Shown: positions 51,795 to 56,710 of the stretch, in pieces
Numbering within the stretch: position 1 is the stretch's first letter
How the letters are laid out: each line of letters begins with the position of its first letter
Origin: Candidatus Wildermuthbacteria bacterium
GTDB taxonomy: Bacteria > Patescibacteriota > Minisyncoccia > Minisyncoccales > PEYH01
NCBI GenBank assembly: GCA_037445205.1
Contig: JBBIKX010000002.1
Span: 1-56,710, forward strand
DNA length: 56,710 nt
Reading direction: 5' to 3'
Made by a program: the position numbers and the translations under genes
Notes under the pieces: generated by a model
Seen by the model: only the letters and a program-made list of their open reading frames with translations
The model's database searches: none
Told to the model about the DNA's origin: nothing

Positions 51795-53438
51795 TTATTG
51801 GACAACTATTCCGTTCGCCCCAAGAACATCTGTACCAAGAGAGGGCAATACTACATTAATGTCCTTATTCGCCCACTCATCAAAACCAGTAATTCTTATT
51901 TGATCAAATAGGACTATTGGGCCGCCAATTTGCTGAAAGGCGGGGGTTACGTTTAATTGAAATGCTATTTGAAGAAGCTCATTCGTTCCCGCACCCGAGG
52001 GCAAATCGCCAATTTCCCAAATTAATTCTTTGGTCTGCTGATCAAAAGTTAATTTCTGGGGATTAACTTGCCCCGTTGGCCTTGCCTGGTCTGCCAAAAC
52101 CACCCTGACTTTTACATTTTTTAATGAATTGCTGTAATTTTTTAATCGCCATATTGCCGTCAAATTAGAGGCTTGTCCAACTTTTAAAGGAAGGGGGCCG
52201 GTACTCCCAAAAATTTCATCATCGTGCATTAAGCTCTGGGCAAGCTCTATTTTAGAAACAAGCCTTGTTATAAATTGTTTTTTCGCCTGCCCGATTTTTA
52301 TCTCGCTTTCAATTGTGGGATTTTTAACATCCATTGGAATGTCTTTTTTAACATTAATCCAAAAGTCAATCTCTCCTTCTTCGCCCACATCAAGAAATTT
52401 TAGAGAAGATAATTTTCTTGAATCCCAGATAATTGAATTGTCTCCCGGCCCATGCTCGCCCTCTTCTGATTTAAGCGTGGAAAAATCTAAAACATCTCCT
52501 TTTAGCTTCACAACTAAAAACAAGTTCTGAAACGGCTGATCCCCGATGTTCCTGAAAATGATTTGATAGTGGAGCAAATCTCCCGGGCTTGCGGCATAAT
52601 CTTTTGTTCCATTTATCATCTGATCAATGTAGATCAAAGGTTCAATAATTTTAATTTTCTTTATCGTCTTTTTTAGGGGAACATAATCGCCGCCAACCCA
52701 TATTCCAAACTCTGCCTGAAAAATCTTTTCCTGATCCACCTCTCCTCCCAAAACACCCAAAACAACAATTCTTCTCCCCTCTCCCTTGTTTAATACGGGT
52801 ATTGCCCACTCATTGTTATTCAAGCTTTTTGATTCGCTTCTCTCAAAAATAAAACCTGAAGGATATTCTATTTTTATCCTTGCGTCTGATAACGGGAAGT
52901 CAACGCTTGAAAAATAGTTTAAGGAAAATCTGAACGACTTGCCTGCCTCAGGAAATAATGGCGTATCAAACTCAAAAGTGAGTGGTACAAAGTTCAAAAC
53001 GGTTATAAAGCTTGTTTTTGACACATACTTTGCGGTAAGGTTTTTAGGACGATAAGAAATAGTCGCTCTTGCCTCTTTTACATCGCCCTCCTGCCCGAAT
53101 AATCTAGCCCTGAATTTAAAGATTTTTTCTTCGCCCGGATAAATACCAACTCCTATTTGTTCTCCCTCAATGTTTCTCCTAAGGGCATAATCTTTGTCTG
53201 AAGGAAGAGAATGCGCGGGAAATTCAAAAATAAGCTGTGGGTCTTCTAATCTGACCTCTCCGTTGTTCTTTAATTTAACAATATACTCTATTTCTTCCCC
53301 TATGTTTACTGTTGAGGGCGCGATAATCTCCATTTTTAAAACATCTTTGGAATAGGTATTTTTTTGCCAATACCAAAGGCCAGTCCCGCCAAGCAGGGTA
53401 AAAAGAAAAATAACAGAGATTAAAATTCTATTTTTCAT
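51795..53438 (-). CDS. Membrane-anchored surface protein with repeated DUF11/CARDB-like beta-sandwich domains
   Basis: N-terminal TM segment and repeated pattern V..GEEIEY.I.LKN.G in EIIAPSTVNIGEEIEYIVKLKNNGEVRL and later repeats. Confidence 0.55.
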   Translation of the reverse strand: MKNRILISVIFLFTLLGGTGLWYWQKNTYSKDVLKMEIIAPSTVNIGEEIEYIVKLKNNGEVRLEDPQLIFEFPAHSLPSDKDYALRRNIEGEQIGVGIYPGEEKIFKFRARLFGQEGDVKEARATISYRPKNLTAKYVSKTSFITVLNFVPLTFEFDTPLFPEAGKSFRFSLNYFSSVDFPLSDARIKIEYPSGFIFERSESKSLNNNEWAIPVLNKGEGRRIVVLGVLGGEVDQEKIFQAEFGIWVGGDYVPLKKTIKKIKIIEPLIYIDQMINGTKDYAASPGDLLHYQIIFRNIGDQPFQNLFLVVKLKGDVLDFSTLKSEEGEHGPGDNSIIWDSRKLSSLKFLDVGEEGEIDFWINVKKDIPMDVKNPTIESEIKIGQAKKQFITRLVSKIELAQSLMHDDEIFGSTGPLPLKVGQASNLTAIWRLKNYSNSLKNVKVRVVLADQARPTGQVNPQKLTFDQQTKELIWEIGDLPSGAGTNELLQIAFQLNVTPAFQQIGGPIVLFDQIRITGFDEWANKDINVVLPSLGTDVLGANGIVVQ

Positions 53439-53856
53439 TTTCGCCGATTAATCCTTGCAGGAATTTTATTTTTGTCCTGTGTTTCATCTTTTCGGTGGGC
53501 TTGGTTATCCTTCGGCCCCGCTTGACCAAATGTCTTAAACCTCTTTTATATTCTCCCCTGGTAATATAATATCCATATTCTTTTTGGGGATATGTTTCTT
53601 CCGCCAAAGAGATTCTTTCCATTTTTTTCAACTTTCCCCCTCCCTCAACTCTTTCGGGAGATCTTTTCAGGGTTCTTATAAAAGAGGGTCTGTTTATTTT
53701 TGAATGGCTCCCGAAAATGCCGGATTCTTTCTCGTGCTCCAAGGGTTTTCTTTCCGGAGGCCTTTCTCTCCCCAATGATTTATTTTGCTGCCTGTCTGGC
53801 ATAATTGTTCTCGAAATCGCCTGCCCCGCCCTTTGGATAGAATTTAAAATATTCAT
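53428..53856 (-). CDS. Highly basic hypothetical protein (142 aa)
   Basis: ORF overlaps the downstream gene by 11 nt and follows ileS by 24 nt. No motif recognised. Confidence 0.45.
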   Translation of the reverse strand: MNILNSIQRAGQAISRTIMPDRQQNKSLGRERPPERKPLEHEKESGIFGSHSKINRPSFIRTLKRSPERVEGGGKLKKMERISLAEETYPQKEYGYYITRGEYKRGLRHLVKRGRRITKPTEKMKHRTKIKFLQGLIGENEK

Positions 53857-53880
53857 ATTTTGATTTTACATTAATTTTTT

Positions 53881-56710
53881 TTATTTATCTACTCTTTTTG
53901 CGGACAATCGTATTCTGTCGTTGCCAAGAAATGACTCTTTTAGAATATCATATCCTTCTCTTGGAATTTCAGAACAATATTTAATAGCATTAATTTTAGT
54001 ATGCAAAAGAATTGATTTCTGGCTTCTGATTATAATCTTTTTTATGGCTTCTGGCGATGCGATATACAGATCAACTTTGTCTTTGGGCGTATATCTGGCT
54101 CCCTTCCTCATATCCTGTATCAGCCGAATGATATCCCTTAAAATTCCCTCTTCTATGAGTTGAGGAGTCAGTTTTGTATTTAGCTCAAAATTTTTGCCAA
54201 AGGTAATTTTTTTAACGTTAATCTCTTCTTTGATAAGATCCAGCAGCTCTTTATTTTTTGCAAGTTCACGGTGAGTAATTTTTAATTCTTCCAGGGGCTG
54301 GCGCACTTTTATTTTATTTTGCGCTCTTTGAGCCAAAACTTTGCCAACGATTTCTCTTGCCTTGGCCATTTTTTCTTCAAGGCTTCTGTCAATCAGCCCT
54401 TTATTGACCCTTGGCCAATTTTCCAAATGAACGCTTTTGACCTTTGATTTTGCGTCAGAGATTCCCTTTGGGCGCAAAATATAGCTTTGATTTTGAAGAT
54501 TTTGATAAATTGCTTCGCTTAAAAACGGAATAAAAGGGGCGGTCAGCTTGATTATATCTGAAAGCAGCCGGAATAAAACAAGCGAAGCCTTTTCTAATTC
54601 TCCTTTGCTTTGTGGTTGTTGAAATCTTTTTCGTGAGCGTCTTATATACCACAAAGAAAAATCGTCTATAATAAAATCTTCTATCAGCCGGGCGGCAGAA
54701 GTAATGTCGTAGTTCTCTAATTTCTTTGTTGTCTCTGATACCAAATTATTAAATCTTGATAAAATCCATTTATCTAAAATATGAATTTTTGCTTGTTTGA
54801 ACGATTTTTCATTTTGTGCTTCATGTTTTCCGTTTTTGGCGTATGTTTCGTAAAAAACACAGCAGTTCCAAAGAGTAAGTATAAGTTTTCTAAAACTTTC
54901 TTCCACCTCTTTTTGAGAGAATATCTTCGATTCCCCGGGCTGATTAATAATGTAAAAATGCCATCTTAGGGCGTCTGACCCGCTCTTATCAATTATCTGC
55001 CAAGGATTAACGACATTGCCTTTTGATTTAGACATTTTTTCTCCTTTTTCATCTAAAATGTGACCCAAAGAAATAACGTTTTTATAGGGCGATTTAAATC
55101 CCAAAAGGGTGGAAATTGCCAGGAGCGTGTAAAACCATCCTCTTGTCTGGTCAATTGCTTCAGAAATATAATCGGCCGGAAATAATTCCGGGGGTTTCAA
55201 GCTTTGCATTTTACATTCTGCATTTTGCGTTTGAGCGCAAGCGAACGGGAAGTGAGCTTGCGCGAACGGCATTGCGCCCGAATCAAACCAGCAGTCAATA
55301 ACTTCCGGAACTCTTTTCATTTTTCCGTTGCATTTGGAACAGAAAAATTCAACTTCGTCAATATAGGGCCGGTGGAAATCAAGCTCGCCAGCCAAATTGT
55401 AGCCAAACTGTTTATATTCCCACTGCCGGTATTGTCCTGTGCCAAAATCCCATGCTTTTTGGGGGCTCATTAATTCCTCTTTTGCCCAGCCGAAAGACAA
55501 ACTTTCAAGCATCAAAAGGGGCAGTTTGTGGCTGACGATCAAAATGTTTTTATCCCCGTGATTTGTTTCAATCTCTTTTATGAAATCCAAGACCCTTTGT
55601 TTGACCTGAAAATAGTTCTCTCCTTTTGGAAATCCTTGCTGATATTTTTTGAAAAGTATTTCCTCTTTTTTCAGCTTGTTTGCGGGGTCAAAAAAATTAT
55701 CGCCCTCTTTTATGGATTTAGCGTTTAGTTCCCCCGTATCCAATTCTCTCAAGCGTGCATCGTAAAACGGTTTGATGCCCAGTGCTTCCCCGACAATCTC
55801 AGCTGTCTGTTTTGTTCTTAAAATGTCTGAAGAAAAAATAATGTCTATTTCTTCTTTTTTGAGAGAGCGAACCGCTTTTTCAACCTCTTTTTCTCCTTTT
55901 TTTGTAAGCGGAACTTGTTTTGCTTCTGGGAAAGAGGAATAAAAATTTTGCGCATTGGACACTGCTTCTCCGTGCCTTAAAAGAAAATATTTGTTAGTGC
56001 TGAATTTTTGTTTTTTCAAATCCTCTCTTGAGCCAATGACCTCTTGATGGCCGCATTGACCGCAATTCCATATTGGCAGCGGAGTGCCCCAATATCTTTC
56101 CCGCGAAAGCGCCCAATCTTTCAAATCGCTCAGCCACTCGCCAAATCTCCCGTCTTTTATATGTCCGGGGATCCAATTTATTTGCTGATTGTTTTCAATC
56201 AATTCTTTTTTAATCTGCGTTGTTTTTATATACCAGCTCAATTTTGCGTAATACAAAAGCGGGGTTTTACATCTCCAACAGAATGGGTAATCGTGTTCAT
56301 AATCTTTAACTCCAAATATTTTATTTTCGTTTTTAAGATGTTCTATAATCAGAGGGTCGGCTTTTTTTACAAACATTCCCGTCCATTTTCTAACTTCCGG
56401 CCCAAATTTTCCCTCTCCGTCAACGGTTAATAAAACTGGGAACTCCGGTTCTTTTTGCATTTTGCATTTTGCATTTTGCATTTTTATTAATTCCATATCT
56501 TCTTCTCCGAAGGCAGGAGCAATATGGACAAGGCCGGTTCCTTCTTGAGTGCTAACAAATTCTCCGGATAAAATCTTATAAATATTTTTAAATTCTTCTG
56601 GGAAAGAAAGCGTTTTTTCGTCAAAAATCGGCGCATAAGGCAGGCCGACCAATTTTTTTCCCTTTATCTTCCAAACTACCTCAAAATCATTGCCAAAAAT
56701 TTCTTTTCTT
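53881..56710 (-). CDS. ileS: Isoleucyl-tRNA synthetase; N-terminus lies beyond the window end; carries a nested histidine-phosphatase domain and two repeat inserts
   Basis: The reading frame stays open upstream of the track's TTG start (…RKEIFGNDFEVVWKIKGKKLVGLPY). Motifs include EKMSKSKGN, DCWFDSG, WALSRERYWGTPLPIW and the CxxC pairs. Confidence 0.95.
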   Translation of the reverse strand, partial: RKEIFGNDFEVVWKIKGKKLVGLPYAPIFDEKTLSFPEEFKNIYKILSGEFVSTQEGTGLVHIAPAFGEEDMELIKMQNAKCKMQKEPEFPVLLTVDGEGKFGPEVRKWTGMFVKKADPLIIEHLKNENKIFGVKDYEHDYPFCWRCKTPLLYYAKLSWYIKTTQIKKELIENNQQINWIPGHIKDGRFGEWLSDLKDWALSRERYWGTPLPIWNCGQCGHQEVIGSREDLKKQKFSTNKYFLLRHGEAVSNAQNFYSSFPEAKQVPLTKKGEKEVEKAVRSLKKEEIDIIFSSDILRTKQTAEIVGEALGIKPFYDARLRELDTGELNAKSIKEGDNFFDPANKLKKEEILFKKYQQGFPKGENYFQVKQRVLDFIKEIETNHGDKNILIVSHKLPLLMLESLSFGWAKEELMSPQKAWDFGTGQYRQWEYKQFGYNLAGELDFHRPYIDEVEFFCSKCNGKMKRVPEVIDCWFDSGAMPFAQAHFPFACAQTQNAECKMQSLKPPELFPADYISEAIDQTRGWFYTLLAISTLLGFKSPYKNVISLGHILDEKGEKMSKSKGNVVNPWQIIDKSGSDALRWHFYIINQPGESKIFSQKEVEESFRKLILTLWNCCVFYETYAKNGKHEAQNEKSFKQAKIHILDKWILSRFNNLVSETTKKLENYDITSAARLIEDFIIDDFSLWYIRRSRKRFQQPQSKGELEKASLVLFRLLSDIIKLTAPFIPFLSEAIYQNLQNQSYILRPKGISDAKSKVKSVHLENWPRVNKGLIDRSLEEKMAKAREIVGKVLAQRAQNKIKVRQPLEELKITHRELAKNKELLDLIKEEINVKKITFGKNFELNTKLTPQLIEEGILRDIIRLIQDMRKGARYTPKDKVDLYIASPEAIKKIIIRSQKSILLHTKINAIKYCSEIPREGYDILKESFLGNDRIRLSAKRVDK
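55201..55239 (-). repeat. Degenerate AAAATGC-type repeat in-frame in ileS (encodes CAQTQNAECKMQS)
   Basis: Plus strand reads gctttgcattttacattctgcattttgcgtttgagcgca, which resembles the T-rich arm at 35847-35896. Confidence 0.8.
55408..55998 (-). other. Histidine phosphatase superfamily (PGAM-like, RHG) domain inserted in-frame in ileS
   Basis: KYFLLRHGEAVSN (RHG), LTKKGEKEVEKA, IIFSSDILRTKQTAEIV (second Arg), RELDTGEL (Glu) and NILIVSHK (second His) occur in the canonical order over about 195 aa. Confidence 0.75.
56452..56484 (-). repeat. (AAAATGC)n heptamer repeat in-frame in ileS (encodes KMQNAKCKMQK)
   Basis: Plus strand reads tttttgcattttgcattttgcattttgcatttt. Confidence 0.9.

Overview
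This window looks like an AT-rich, gene-dense stretch of a small bacterial genome. By inference it is Patescibacteria/CPR-like: standard code with TGA stops, almost no Shine-Dalgarno (SD) sites on native genes, GIY-YIG and lamin-tail-domain proteins, anaerobic NrdDG and a small group-3-type NiFe hydrogenase. Most genes are on the minus strand and are housekeeping. They include clpB, htrA, nrdDG, ftsAZ, ybeY, rpsU, hisS, lepB, pth, dprA, topA, glyA, glmS, leuS, prs-like, tatD, metG, rsmI, glyQS and ileS, plus tRNA-Leu(CAA) and an RNase P RNA that the ORF track hides under spurious ORFs. No homology search or folding could be run, so all calls rest on motif recognition and hand translation. Five things seem worth a second look. 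(1) A complete histidine-phosphatase (RHG) domain is nested in-frame inside isoleucyl-tRNA synthetase, between its two CxxC pairs. (2) A dispersed family of A/T-rich heptamer-mosaic repeats is inserted in-frame and sense-oriented at at least 10 sites in leuS, metG and ileS, with one intergenic copy; one 23-mer is identical between leuS and that intergenic spacer. (3) Several GC-rich single-gene cassettes carry strong canonical AAGGAGG sites, and some have their own promoters and terminators, in a genome whose native genes lack SD sites. One of them sits inside the hydrogenase operon. (4) A roughly 510-nt GC-rich unit has a promoter and a terminator but unclear coding status. (5) Two small mobile units are present: a RAYT/IS200-like gene flanked by REP hairpins, with a third copy inside its own CDS, and a GIY-YIG gene bracketed by perfect 20-bp inverted repeats. 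No CRISPR array, rRNA or recognisable defence operon was seen.
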